The notes under the pieces were generated by a model that had not been told where the DNA came from, did no database searches, and saw only the letters and a list, made by a program, of their open reading frames with translations. Below are positions 29,355-39,600 of a stretch of 52,227 bases of DNA, one piece after another (positions within the stretch are counted from its first letter, which is position 1; the number at the start of each line of letters is the position of its first letter). Origin of the DNA: Vulcanimicrobiota bacterium (GTDB taxonomy: Bacteria > Vulcanimicrobiota > Vulcanimicrobiia > Vulcanimicrobiales > Vulcanimicrobiaceae); the NCBI GenBank assembly GCA_003135555.1, contig PLCF01000056.1:173-52399 (forward strand), given 5' to 3'. Made by a program: the position numbers and the translations under genes.

Positions 29355-29386
29355 CTACCAGATCTGGCAGCCGCCCTTGGGGACCA
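29355..29386 (-). repeat. Copy 2 of the M13 peptidase 3' end (degenerate)
   Basis: 28/32 nt match to 24262-24293. Confidence 0.85.
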
Positions 29387-29573
29387 CGGCCTTCGTCACC
29401 GCCGGCCCGTATGTCACAACGATCGCCGGCGCCTCACACCTCGACGTACCCACCCGCGACCGCCCAGACCTCGACGGCTCGCGCTAGCGGATCGTCGCGG
29501 CGTGCGGGGCGCACCTTGACTGCCGCCTTGCGCCGAGGTACCGTGCGGAGACAGTTCATCGAGGTACCAAGTC

Positions 29574-30038
29574 ATGCCGCGACCGCCCCTACCGCCGTTC
29601 ACTCGCGAGACTGCCACGCAGAAGGTGCGGATGGCGGAAGACGCCTGGAACACGCGCGAGCCCGAGCGCGTCGCGCTCGCCTACACCGAGGACAGCCGGT
29701 GGCGCAATCGCTCGGAATTCTTTGCGGGCCGAGACGCGATCGTCGCGTTTTTGCAGCGCAAGTGGGCGCGCGAGCTCGACTACCGGCTCATCAAAGAGCT
29801 GTGGGCGTTCGACGGTAATAGGATCGCGGTGCGCTTCCAATACGAGTGCCACGACGATGCGGGGAAGTGGTTTCGCGCGCACGGCAACGAACAGTGGGAG
29901 TTCGACGAGCAGGGTCTGATGCGGCGCCGCGAGGCAAGCATCAACGACGTGCCCATCAGCGAAGGCGAGAGCAAGTTCACCTGGCCGCTCGGTCCGCGCC
30001 CAAACGGCTTCCCAGGACTCACCGAGCTCGGGCTCTGA
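29574..30038 (+). CDS. DUF1348 / SnoaL-like NTF2 protein
   Basis: [57 protein letters not shown]. Confidence 0.92.
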   Translation: MPRPPLPPFTRETATQKVRMAEDAWNTREPERVALAYTEDSRWRNRSEFFAGRDAIVAFLQRKWARELDYRLIKELWAFDGNRIAVRFQYECHDDAGKWFRAHGNEQWEFDEQGLMRRREASINDVPISEGESKFTWPLGPRPNGFPGLTELGL

Positions 30039-30041
30039 GGG

Positions 30042-30076
30042 CTACCAGATCTGGCAGCTGTCTTTGCGCACCATCG
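30042..30076 (-). repeat. Copy 3 of the M13 peptidase 3' end
   Basis: 32/35 nt match to 24262-24296; the three differences are synonymous (MVRKDSCQIW*). Confidence 0.88.
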
Positions 30077-30183
30077 TGGGACAACGAAGGGCCCGGGAAA
30101 GAATAGTTTCCCCGTCGTGACGGAGAACGCTGCGCTGAATGCAGTCGTGGTGACGTGCCGCCCTCGGACTATACGAACAAACA

Positions 30184-30861
30184 ATGGACCGCATATTCCT
30201 CAGCTACCATTTCGCCCCCCGCTCTGATGTTGTTCCGCTGGTGGCGGACATTGTCGAGAGTCATGGGCTTCACGTTGACGATGGGGTCGATCTAGGCGGG
30301 GGCACGCTGACGGCCGAAATAAGGCGCCGTATACAATCCGCAGGCGCGCTCGTTTCGGTGTTCACACCCGATGAGGAGCTTCTGCGCGGGGGATTTCGAT
30401 CCGCCCCATGGGTTGAAAGCGAGTTTCAATATGCGAAAGACATTGACAAACGCGCAATAGCAGTAGCAGTCGACGGGGTAGCCGTTGCGGGTATGTACTC
30501 CGCGGACGAGATGATTATTCTGAACAGCGCGGCGCCGATCGATGCTTTCCTAAAATTGAACAGAATAGTGGGCCTTTGGGTCCGCGAGGCGGGACGAACC
30601 GTTCGCGTACGGTTGGAGGCGGAAACCATCGCGGACGTCCTTGAGGAGGACCTGACAACCTGCTCCTACAGGCTGCAGGAACGCGGCGAAATACAGGGTT
30701 GGGCCATTGCTGCTATTATCCGTGAACCAGGTGGCTATTTTATCTTTGTGCCGAGTGTTCGTGAAGGGCACTCTGTTCAGGTAAGGCTCACTACACGAAG
30801 AGGTGTGTGGGAGTCAGCGTTTACACCACAACATATGGTGACTGTTTTGGAGCCTCGGTAG
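30184..30861 (+). CDS. TIR-like domain plus uncharacterised beta-rich C-terminal domain
   Basis: RIFLSYHF..V..IVESHG..I...I..A.ALVSV..PWVESEFQYA....K; lower GC. Confidence 0.7.
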   Translation: MDRIFLSYHFAPRSDVVPLVADIVESHGLHVDDGVDLGGGTLTAEIRRRIQSAGALVSVFTPDEELLRGGFRSAPWVESEFQYAKDIDKRAIAVAVDGVAVAGMYSADEMIILNSAAPIDAFLKLNRIVGLWVREAGRTVRVRLEAETIADVLEEDLTTCSYRLQERGEIQGWAIAAIIREPGGYFIFVPSVREGHSVQVRLTTRRGVWESAFTPQHMVTVLEPR

Positions 30862-30863
30862 CC

Positions 30864-31526
30864 ATGCCCGATAATCTCATCCTGGCTCAAGATGTCGAGC
30901 GCACGAGCGCCAACCGGTGGCGCTGGAGCGTTTGGCTGGTCGGTCCAAACGAGATTTTGGATCAGGTGCGCCACGTCGTGTACTTGCTTCACCCCACGTT
31001 CAAGGAACCTGTGCGGCCCGTCAGCGACCGATCAACTGCGTTCCGCTTGACGTCAGCGGGATGGGGAGATTTCACCATACGTGCACGCGTCTTCTTCGAG
31101 AGCGGCGAGGAAACGCTGCTCACTCATCGCCTGCGACTACACGACGAGCGAGGACCTGAGACCGCTCCATCTGTCTTCCTATCGTATGGGAGCGCTGATC
31201 GTGAGATCGCCGACAGAATCCGCGGAGAGCTGCAGCAGCGGGGCATCAGAATCGTCGACCCCGTTACAGCGCCCGCGCTCTTAGTTTCAGAGGCGGTTGA
31301 AAGTGCCCTTGATGAGGTGAACGCAGTCTTCGTTATTTACGGGCTCTCACGATCGCCAAACGTCATCTTCGAAGCCGGCTTTGCGCGCGCGCTTGGCAAA
31401 CCGGTCATCATCGCATTTCCTGCTGAAACGTCGGCGATGCTTCCTTCGGACCTACATGGCCTTCAGTACTATCGCGATTATGACGACGCGATCGTCGCCC
31501 TCGAACGAGCTCTTGCCGCAAGATAG
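30864..31526 (+). CDS. pYEATS-TIR fusion protein
   Basis: W.WSVWL.G..LDQV..VVYLLHPTF..PVR..F.L...GWGDF.I.A (YEATS), then SVFLSYGSAD..A..I...L...GI..SPNVIFEAGFARALGKPVII (TIR). Confidence 0.85.
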   Translation: MPDNLILAQDVERTSANRWRWSVWLVGPNEILDQVRHVVYLLHPTFKEPVRPVSDRSTAFRLTSAGWGDFTIRARVFFESGEETLLTHRLRLHDERGPETAPSVFLSYGSADREIADRIRGELQQRGIRIVDPVTAPALLVSEAVESALDEVNAVFVIYGLSRSPNVIFEAGFARALGKPVIIAFPAETSAMLPSDLHGLQYYRDYDDAIVALERALAAR

Positions 31527-31662
31527 CGCGATGACGTAGAGCAGCATATGCCGCACGTACTACGCGCCGCCAGGCCTTATAGAGCCCGGCGGCATTCCAG
31601 GACGACAGTACTGCTCTAGCCAGGTTTAATACCGACTTACCGCGAGCCTTGAGTCTCTCGGT

Positions 31663-32391
31663 TCAGTCGACGATCCGTTCATTCATACGGATCTGATCAC
31701 TAGCGGCCGCGACCGTTGTGTTCCATAGTTTCGACAGCGACTCGATCGTCCGCCCAACAGCGGATGGCATCGTAGGTCTACCATCGTTCGTCGTTAAAGG
31801 CCCGTCCGTTTCGACCAATATGCGATCACGTGGAAGAGACAGGGTAAGGTCTCGGCCAGCCTCTGTGGAAAGCATGATGTGATTCACAGAGAAGTAGCAA
31901 CCAAGCTCCGACGCGCGGGCTCCTTCCTTTTTCGATCCACTGAACCAGTGCAATATCTTCGTCGTCGTACGATCCGAGCAGACCTGTTCTAAATCGTCCA
32001 ACACATGCCTGACGGCACGCGCTGAGTGAATTGACATCACTTTGTCCTGAGCTCGGCACAGTGTTAAAATCGTTCGGAACACATCCCGTTGGCGCTCTAA
32101 CGAATGAAATGCTTGTGGACGTGCATCTAGGCCGATTTCGCCGATATACTGCGCGCCGGGTGCGAGCCGTGTGAACAGGTCAAGGTCCGCCTCTCGGGAC
32201 GCGGCAAGCTCAGGATGAAGGCCAAGCGCGACGCGAAATCGATTGTCGTCGCCAAACCGCAACAGGTTTCCGTTATAAGCTCGCGGTGTCGTGGTTACGG
32301 CGATCACGTTGACTCCGGACTCGTGCACATCTCGCCGGAGGGCCACAACGTCGCTGTAGAGGTCGGCGTGGCAATGAACATCCCAGGACAT
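31663..32391 (-). CDS. qatD: QatD, TatD-family nuclease
   Basis: DVHCH, ALGLHP, IGEIGLD, SIHS, ILHWFSG, ILVETDGP; last gene of the qat operon. Confidence 0.92.
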   Translation of the reverse strand: MSWDVHCHADLYSDVVALRRDVHESGVNVIAVTTTPRAYNGNLLRFGDDNRFRVALGLHPELAASREADLDLFTRLAPGAQYIGEIGLDARPQAFHSLERQRDVFRTILTLCRAQDKVMSIHSARAVRHVLDDLEQVCSDRTTTKILHWFSGSKKEGARASELGCYFSVNHIMLSTEAGRDLTLSLPRDRILVETDGPLTTNDGRPTMPSAVGRTIESLSKLWNTTVAAASDQIRMNERIVD

Positions 32392-32402
32392 CGAGCAGTT
32401 AC

Positions 32403-33719
32403 TCAGGCCCGCGTCCGCACGCGCTCGAGAAGGCTATGCACCTCCGCCATTCCTCGCTGATAGACGGACACGTACTCATCTAGGTGGTCATGAACATCCA
32501 CCATCGGACCCGACCTAAATATATCGATGCTGGCGTTGCTCGGATGCTCCGTAACGCGCTGGGCAGCCGCCTTGAAGGCTCGAATATCTTTGCCTTCCTT
32601 CGCAGTTGCATCTAATACATGGCCGAAGAGGTCAGGTACCGTGTGATAGTCGGTTGGGTCCGCAAGGTTATATCCGGCGCGTATCGCTGCTCGTCGGATG
32701 ATACACGCCGGACAGCAACCGCAGTGGTTCGCCGCAGTTCCTTCTCGGTTCGGCGGTTTGGCGCAGGATACTGACGCGCACACTATCCGTTCTAGGTACT
32801 GCGGCAGAGCACACTGCTGCAGCATTTCGCCTTTCGTAAGAAAGCGGTAAGGCTCACGAATTACAACATCGAATTCGGCTCCTCGCAATAGTTCAGCGAA
32901 ACGGCGCAAGAAATACGGGTGCGCCGTCTTGGTGCTGTTTGAGCCAAGACGATTTACATTTAATGGCACGTTTAGTGCTATCAATCCGTTTTCAGGCACT
33001 ATCAGTTCAATTTGACGCCGATAGCATGACGCCAGAAACGCAGCAAAACTGAGAAATAGGAACGAGCGAGCGCGTTGCGATGGCTCTCGTTGATGATGCA
33101 GACGTTGCGGCGCACGTACTGAAAGCTTTGTGTGCGCAAACACGCCGCGAAAACCCGGCTCAAGTATTCCACGAATGCGATTTTGAGGCCCGCCTACGGT
33201 ACGTGTATCGCTTGAGGAAATACTTGCCGCCATAAGATTCGAACCGTTACTTAAGGCGTCCAAGGCCCCGATGGCGCTGTCGAGCCCCCCAGAGAGGAGC
33301 GTTATCCGCGACGTTTCGAAGCGCGCCTGTTCGATCACCCTGAAACCCATCTGTTCTGAGGTCGCAACGCGTCTCTCAAATCGAAATCGCCAGCGATCAC
33401 TCGAAACGAAGTTCAGGCCGCGAACTAATATGTCCGTCAGGCCTTCCCAGAGCTCCGGTTCATGAACCTCAGCTACCACGTCTAGGTGACGTGTCCAGCC
33501 GTCATCTCCCCATTCAGCGCGGCTAGTCACGGCGTCAGCGAAGTAAACTCCCAACGCCACGGTGAGCAGATCGAGGCCCAGCTCGGTGGGGGAGAGTCCG
33601 AGACGGCGTAGCTCTGACTGGAGTGCTGCAAAGCTGAAGTCTCGGCCGTCTCCGAGTTGGATACTGGTCCGGCCGACGGCGGGCCTCCCGGAACCGATAT
33701 ACAGCTGCTTAACCGCCAT
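32403..33719 (-). CDS. qatC: QatC, QueC-like protein
   Basis: DDGWTR, LLSGGLDS, QRARSFLF, PENGLIALNVPL, T.HPY, TKGEM, SC..HCGCCPACIIRR. Confidence 0.92.
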   Translation of the reverse strand: MAVKQLYIGSGRPAVGRTSIQLGDGRDFSFAALQSELRRLGLSPTELGLDLLTVALGVYFADAVTSRAEWGDDGWTRHLDVVAEVHEPELWEGLTDILVRGLNFVSSDRWRFRFERRVATSEQMGFRVIEQARFETSRITLLSGGLDSAIGALDALSNGSNLMAASISSSDTRTVGGPQNRIRGILEPGFRGVFAHTKLSVRAPQRLHHQREPSQRARSFLFLSFAAFLASCYRRQIELIVPENGLIALNVPLNVNRLGSNSTKTAHPYFLRRFAELLRGAEFDVVIREPYRFLTKGEMLQQCALPQYLERIVCASVSCAKPPNREGTAANHCGCCPACIIRRAAIRAGYNLADPTDYHTVPDLFGHVLDATAKEGKDIRAFKAAAQRVTEHPSNASIDIFRSGPMVDVHDHLDEYVSVYQRGMAEVHSLLERVRTRA

Positions 33720-34602
33720 CGTCGAGGCTTTCCAGAATGCTCCACGCCGCGGCGAACACATCCGTCATGGTGGATTCTGTAAAGGCGATATCTAGTGGTT
33801 GATGTTTCTCCATTGCGCGAGACACTCTTGTCTGCACAGAAATCTCAATATATCGCCCTACGTTTTCGTCAACTGCGGCGTATGCACCATCGGATTGGGC
33901 ATGGCCCCGACCACGCTCACTGACATCAACAAGGTAGCGTCTCTCAATTGCCTTGCAAATGAATAAAGCATAGAAGTTGGAAATCTGGACCTCATTCAAT
34001 TCCGCTAGGTCCACGATCTGCTCTTCGCTCAGCGAAAGCAGGCTGTCCAACAGAGCCTGTTTCGCAATATCATCGTCAATTGTCTCGACGCGCGAGCAGA
34101 CGACGTCAATTATCGCGGCAAAGATCTCGCGAGTCGATCGCCCGATCAGGGCGCCGAGATTGAGGTCTCGAAGAGCAGCCTCAATGCCGCGCGTCTGGAT
34201 ATCGCGGAGGACGCCGATCGAGCCTAGGGCCGCGCGGGACGCTCCTCGCATTCGGCCTGCGGCATTCGCCGAGCCGCGAAGGCCCTCGCGGGCATACCGT
34301 CCGAGGGAACGCCGAAGGCCTCGCCCTGTAGCGGAGCGGCGACGTGAGCCGGCGACGCTCGGCGCAGATGGCATTTCAGCACCATCCGCGACCCACGCGG
34401 TAAAGTTTCGGCGGGCCGCCTCAAAGCGCAACGTCGGCGCGGCGGCCGCATCGGCCTGTGCCGCCGCGTCCGGTCCGTCACCGTTTGCCGCGTCTTCGGG
34501 AGAAGAATCGCTTGCCACCGTATCGGTAGGACTGTCATCCAAAAAGGCCGGGATCAGTGAAGCCTTATTGGGTGTCCCACCAAATGATGCAGACGTTCCC
34601 AC
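33709..34602 (-). CDS. qatB: QatB
   Basis: N-terminal MGTSASFGG..LIP, RF..AR.NFT; position between the KAP NTPase and QueC genes. Confidence 0.85.
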   Translation of the reverse strand: MGTSASFGGTPNKASLIPAFLDDSPTDTVASDSSPEDAANGDGPDAAAQADAAAAPTLRFEAARRNFTAWVADGAEMPSAPSVAGSRRRSATGRGLRRSLGRYAREGLRGSANAAGRMRGASRAALGSIGVLRDIQTRGIEAALRDLNLGALIGRSTREIFAAIIDVVCSRVETIDDDIAKQALLDSLLSLSEEQIVDLAELNEVQISNFYALFICKAIERRYLVDVSERGRGHAQSDGAYAAVDENVGRYIEISVQTRVSRAMEKHQPLDIAFTESTMTDVFAAAWSILESLDDGG

Positions 34603-36458
34603 TAGAGGGCCTTTACCAGTTGAACAGCACCTTCAGCGGCCTTCGCCAGCGTTGCATTCTCCGTCTGAGCGATCCAGCGTTTAAGCAATTCGGTTAACTT
34701 CGGTTTGGACGCTTCGCTGGTAGCGATTTGGACGGCAAACGCCGGTGCCCAGACACCAAGAGCAGATATTGGTAGCTGATCGAGAAACGTTACTGCGCGC
34801 GCCTCAAGCGTCGGGCGGCTCCTCAACAACACGTCTAGCACCCTAAATTCAGGAGGCTGCGCCGTATACTCGCCACGTTGCGAGACCCGCTCTATTAACG
34901 AATCCAGAATCGCGCCAGCGTTGTCCGCAGATAGCGCATCGATTCTCTGTTGTTGCCTGCCAACGGAGAGCCGCTGTCCGCTTGAAAAGAGGCGTACCAA
35001 CGATTCGAGTTCACCAGAAATGGCGTCGCTAACGCCGAACTGGACAAGACGTTCTCGCGAGACAAAGAAATACGGAGCTAGGTCCTCGCCTCCAACTACT
35101 GGATCGATAGTCGCCCAAATGCTCACCCATTCCGATCGTTCCCTCCCAAACAGGGCCTCTGAGGACTGCTCAGCAGCAGTTTCATCGTTCGCGCGTACTG
35201 CGGTTTCCATGGCTGCCAGCTGGGGAACGGTACCGTCAGCGCTCTCCGCAACGGCTCGCGATAAGTTCGTGTATGCCTCAGGTTCGCGGCGCTCCAGAAG
35301 CATCAACTTGGCAAGCGTTGCCATTTTTACACGCGCTCGTAAACGGTACGACTTCGCGACTTCGATTCGAATCATTAGCGTGTTCAAAAAGCGCTTGACC
35401 TGCCGGGGATTCCCTACGTACTTGTCAGCTAGTGGTCGCGCAATCTGCCCAGCAAGGACTACATGTTCTAACAAGGTTTCTCGCGTACTCTTGTCAATGC
35501 CTAACGGTTCAGCCGCCTCCAGAATTAGCTGCCGTAAATCTAGCTCTTTCCACGGATCTCTATCGCTAGCTTGAACGCGTTGGAGCAACGAGTCAAAAGC
35601 GCCAGGTACTTGTCGCAGTGCGTCTTCGACCAGGAGTAGAGTAATGTAGCGGCGAGTCTCTCCAGCCGTCAGCTGTGGAAGACGAATCGGAATCTGAATG
35701 AGCTTTTCGAGATAGTTCCTTGTGAACTTGTCGGATGCGGCGGAAGCCGTAAGGTCGGGGAAGTGCCGCCGCACCGAGTATTCGATCATGCCTTCGTCAG
35801 CGCCAATTACAAATACCGTCTTGTCGACTGACAAAAACAATCGAATTGCTTCTAATGTACCTATCGCGGTGTCGGGCAGGCACCTGTCAAGATCGTCGAC
35901 GAAGATCACTAAGCGAGTCAGCTCAGCCTTATTGATCGCCTCTGTAAATGCACGGCGAAATTCGTGGATGTGCCTGAAGGCCGCGTCTTCCTCGGCATCC
36001 CTTAACAGGGACTCATCGTCTTCCTTGCTCGCGTCGCCGCTCGCAATGAGCTTCGTAAAGTCTGGAACACCGGTAGAAAGAGTGACCGCGAGGCCAGCTA
36101 CTTTGCGCGCAACCTTAAACCAACGAACACGCCGCGCGAGCGCTACCAACTCATCCTTTGCCTTCGTTACGATTGATCTGTTCGTAGCGAGCTCGCTGAG
36201 CACGGAATCCATGAGTGCAATCTTGGCGTCCTCGAAGCCTTCGAAAGCCCAGCCGTTAAATGAAAGTGATATGACGCCCTTACGGTCGTTTAGCTCGCGC
36301 TGCACCATTTGCAACACACTGGATTTTCCATACCCCCAATCACCGTGAACGCCAATCGTTAGCGGGCTCATGTGCTGGCTCAGAATAAGATTGGTTATGG
36401 TGCTGGCGATGCCGCCAAAATTGACTAAGTCGCGATCCGTTTCAGAGTCAACCCACAT
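34602..36458 (-). CDS. qatA: QatA, KAP-family P-loop NTPase
   Basis: MWVDSET..D.VNF, Walker A GDWGYGKS, FNGW.FEGFEDAK, Walker B IFVDDLDRCLP, YLEKLIQIP, GNPRQVKRFLN. Confidence 0.93.
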   Translation of the reverse strand: MWVDSETDRDLVNFGGIASTITNLILSQHMSPLTIGVHGDWGYGKSSVLQMVQRELNDRKGVISLSFNGWAFEGFEDAKIALMDSVLSELATNRSIVTKAKDELVALARRVRWFKVARKVAGLAVTLSTGVPDFTKLIASGDASKEDDESLLRDAEEDAAFRHIHEFRRAFTEAINKAELTRLVIFVDDLDRCLPDTAIGTLEAIRLFLSVDKTVFVIGADEGMIEYSVRRHFPDLTASAASDKFTRNYLEKLIQIPIRLPQLTAGETRRYITLLLVEDALRQVPGAFDSLLQRVQASDRDPWKELDLRQLILEAAEPLGIDKSTRETLLEHVVLAGQIARPLADKYVGNPRQVKRFLNTLMIRIEVAKSYRLRARVKMATLAKLMLLERREPEAYTNLSRAVAESADGTVPQLAAMETAVRANDETAAEQSSEALFGRERSEWVSIWATIDPVVGGEDLAPYFFVSRERLVQFGVSDAISGELESLVRLFSSGQRLSVGRQQQRIDALSADNAGAILDSLIERVSQRGEYTAQPPEFRVLDVLLRSRPTLEARAVTFLDQLPISALGVWAPAFAVQIATSEASKPKLTELLKRWIAQTENATLAKAAEGAVQLVKAL

Positions 36459-36676
36459 GTCGTCCGCCTAACCCAAGCTCGCCACCAGCACACTGTGACG
36501 CCATATAATCGCGACAACAGCACGGAGGGAACCGGGACGACGTCATGAGTAGTGTGCGGACCGCTGCACAATGGGTTTCAGAGCGCGCGGATATCCATCG
36601 CGCCGGAGATCCTCTGTTAGCAGAGAATCGGTCTAGGCTCGATTCGGTTAATAGGAGCGGCGGCGATACGAGGCAT

Positions 36677-39600
36677 TCACGTCTCGGTGAACGCTTCCCG
36701 AACGACCCTCTCTTGCTCGACGGTGTGAGCACCCGGATACCCCTCTGACGGACTCGCCCGATACGGCCGGCCGGTATATTCGACATCGGCTAAGCCGTTC
36801 GGCAACCGTTCCACTAGGCGCCGCCGCACATGCGCGCGAGCCCCCATGTTTTTCGGCTCTTCCTGGACCCATATGGCGTGCCTGGCGTTCGGATACGTCG
36901 CGATCGTCCGTAGGATCTCCTCGGTCGGGAGGGGACTCAGCAGTTCGATGCGCACGATCGCCGTTTTCGTTGCTTGCTCATAGAGCGGACTCGTGGTGAG
37001 GTCGAAGTAGATGTGCCCGCTGGTCAGCAGCACGCGTTCCACACCGGACTTGTCGCCACCGGCGTAGCGCGGGTCGTCGATCACCTCGTGGAACTCGCCG
37101 GTCGCCAACTCGTCGATCGTGCCATATGCCGCGCGATTGCGAAGCAGCGACTTCGGCGTCATCACCACAAGCGGATATGCCTGGGCCGCCTTCGCCTGCG
37201 TCCGCAACAGATGGAAATACTGCGCGGCGATCGAGCAATTCGCCACGCGGATGTTGCCTTCGGCCGAGATTTGCAAGAACCGTTCCAGCCTCGCGCTCGA
37301 GTGCTCGGGACCGGCACCCTCGTACCCGTGCGGCAGCAGTAGCGTGAGCCGGGTCGTCTGGCCCCACTTGGCCGCGCCGGCGGCGATGAACTGGTCGATG
37401 ATGATCTGGGCGCCGTTGTTGAAGTCGCCGAACTGCGCCTCCCACAGCACCAGCGCGTTGGGGATCTCGAAGCCGTATCCGTACTCGAACCCCAGGCACG
37501 CGTACTCGCTCAGCGGTGAGTTGTAGATCTCGAACGATGCCTTGGCGTCCTTGAGATGCTGCAACGGCACGTGCTTTGCGTTGGTGCGAGCGTCGTGCAG
37601 CACGGCGTGGCGGTGCGAGAACGTCCCGCGTTCGGTGTCCTGACCGCTCAGGCGAATCGGCGTCCCTTCGCTCAGCAGCGACGCGAACGCGAGCGCCTCG
37701 GCCATCCCCCAGTCGACCTCGCCGGTCTCCTTGAGCGCCTGCGCGCGCTTCTGGAACTGCGCCACGAGCTTGCGGTTGGGCACGAAGCCTTGCGGCGCGC
37801 GCACGACGTCCTCGCTCCAGCGCAGCAGCGCAGCCTTGTCGACCTTCGTGTCGGGCGGCGCCTCGCTGACGTTCGGGTACACCGCAACCTTGATCAGCTT
37901 GCTCTTGAACTTGCCGCTCTTGACCTTCTTGTGAGCCTCGGTCATCCGCAGCGTCGCAGTGTCCTGCATCTCCTTGGACTGCTCGTTGGTGAGCACGCCG
38001 TGCGCGACGAGTTGCGCGGCGTAGAGCTCGCGCACCGTCGGGTGCTGCTTGATGAGCTCGACTTGGCGCGGCTGGGTGTACGCCGGCTCGTCCTGCTCGT
38101 TGTGGCCGAAGCGGCGGTAGCCGATCAGGTCGACGACCACGTCGCGGCCGAACTTGCGGCGGTAGTCGATCGCCAGGTGCACCGCGGCGATCGAGGCGTC
38201 GACGTCGTCGGCGTTGACGTGCACGATCGGCAAGTCGTAGCCCTTGGCCAGATCGCTGGCGTACCGCGTCGAGCGCGCTTCGCTGGGATCGGTCGTGAAG
38301 CCGACCTGGTTGTTGGAGATGATGTGGATCGTGCCGCCGGTCGAGTAGCCCGCCAGCCCCTGGAGATTGAGCACCTCGGCGACCACGCCCTGTGCCGCGA
38401 ACGCGGCGTCGCCGTGGATGAGGATCGGCGCGGCGACTTCGTGGTTGAGCGTGGCGGGGTTGACGCTGTGGTCGGTCTGCAGGCAGCGCGTCATCCCCTC
38501 GACCACGCCGTCGACGGCCTCGAGGTGCGACGGGTTGCTGGCGAGTTCGACCGCGACTTTGGTGCCCAGCGGCGTCACGTACTCACCGTGCGCGCCGTGG
38601 TGGTACTTCACGTCGCCGGTCGCGTCGGCGTCGCCGCCGTCGGCCGACGGTGACTCCTCGCGCAGCGCAGCCGACTCGAACTCCGCGAGCAGTTCTTCGT
38701 ACGGCCGGTTGACCACGTGCGCGATCGTCGAGAGACGGCCGCGATGCGCCATCCCGAGCACCACGGTCTTGGTGCCGTCCTCGGCCAGGAGCGAGATCGT
38801 CTCTTCGAGCATCGGGACCATCACGTCGAGCCCTTCGATCGAGAAGGTCTTCTGCGACATGAACTGCTTGCGGAAGTAGCGCTCCATCGTCTCGACCTTG
38901 GTGAGACGGAGCAGCAGCTGCACGCGGCGCTGTGGGGTGAGCGCGCGGCGGTGGCGGCCGGTTTCGATGTACTCGCGCAGCCATTCGCGCTGCTGCGTGT
39001 TGGAGATGTGCTCGATCTCGTACGCGATCGTGGAGCTGTACGTTTCGCGCAGGCGTGGCAACACGTCGGCGAGCGTCTTGCCCGCCACCTTGACGCCCAG
39101 CACCGAGGCCGGGATCGCTTGCATCATCGCCGGCGTGAGGTTGTAGTGCTTGGGATCCAGCGACGGATCGTTGGGCGGCTCGGTGCCCAGCGGGTCGAGC
39201 GTCGCGCCGAGGTGGCCGTGACGGCGATACGCCGAGACGACCTGCATCCCCGCGGCGATCGCGCGCAGCATCTCTTCCGACGGCAAGCCCGAGATATCGG
39301 CGGTGACGGCTTCGTGCTCCGCGCGCAGCGTCGGTTGCGCGCCGTTGGCACTCGTCGCAACGCCGCGGATGTTCGCGCTCACCCCGAGCTGCGCGAAGAG
39401 CGTTTCGTAGAACTCGTCGGCGCCGCCCAACAGCTCGTCGACGCGGCGCAGGTACTCGCCCGACTGCGCGCCTTGGATGACGCGGTGGTCGTAGGTCGAG
39501 GTCAGCGTCATGACCTTCTCGACGCCGAGCTGCTCGAGCGTCGCGCGCGAGGCGTGCGCGAAGCCGGGCGGGTACGCGATCGCGCCCGCGGCGATGATCG

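Noticed and set aside
23862..30076. Integron cassette array or CRISPR array
   Set aside because: No intI or cas genes; the repeats lack attC RYYYAAC/GTTRRRY ends, are spaced by whole genes and derive from a coding sequence
30184..31526. Calling the TIR pair Thoeris, CBASS or Pycsar
   Set aside because: No ThsA (SIR2-SLOG or Macro-TM), CD-NTase or cyclase gene is adjacent
32403..33719. Housekeeping queC for queuosine synthesis
   Set aside because: About twice the QueC length, in qat gene context, with no queD/queE/queF nearby
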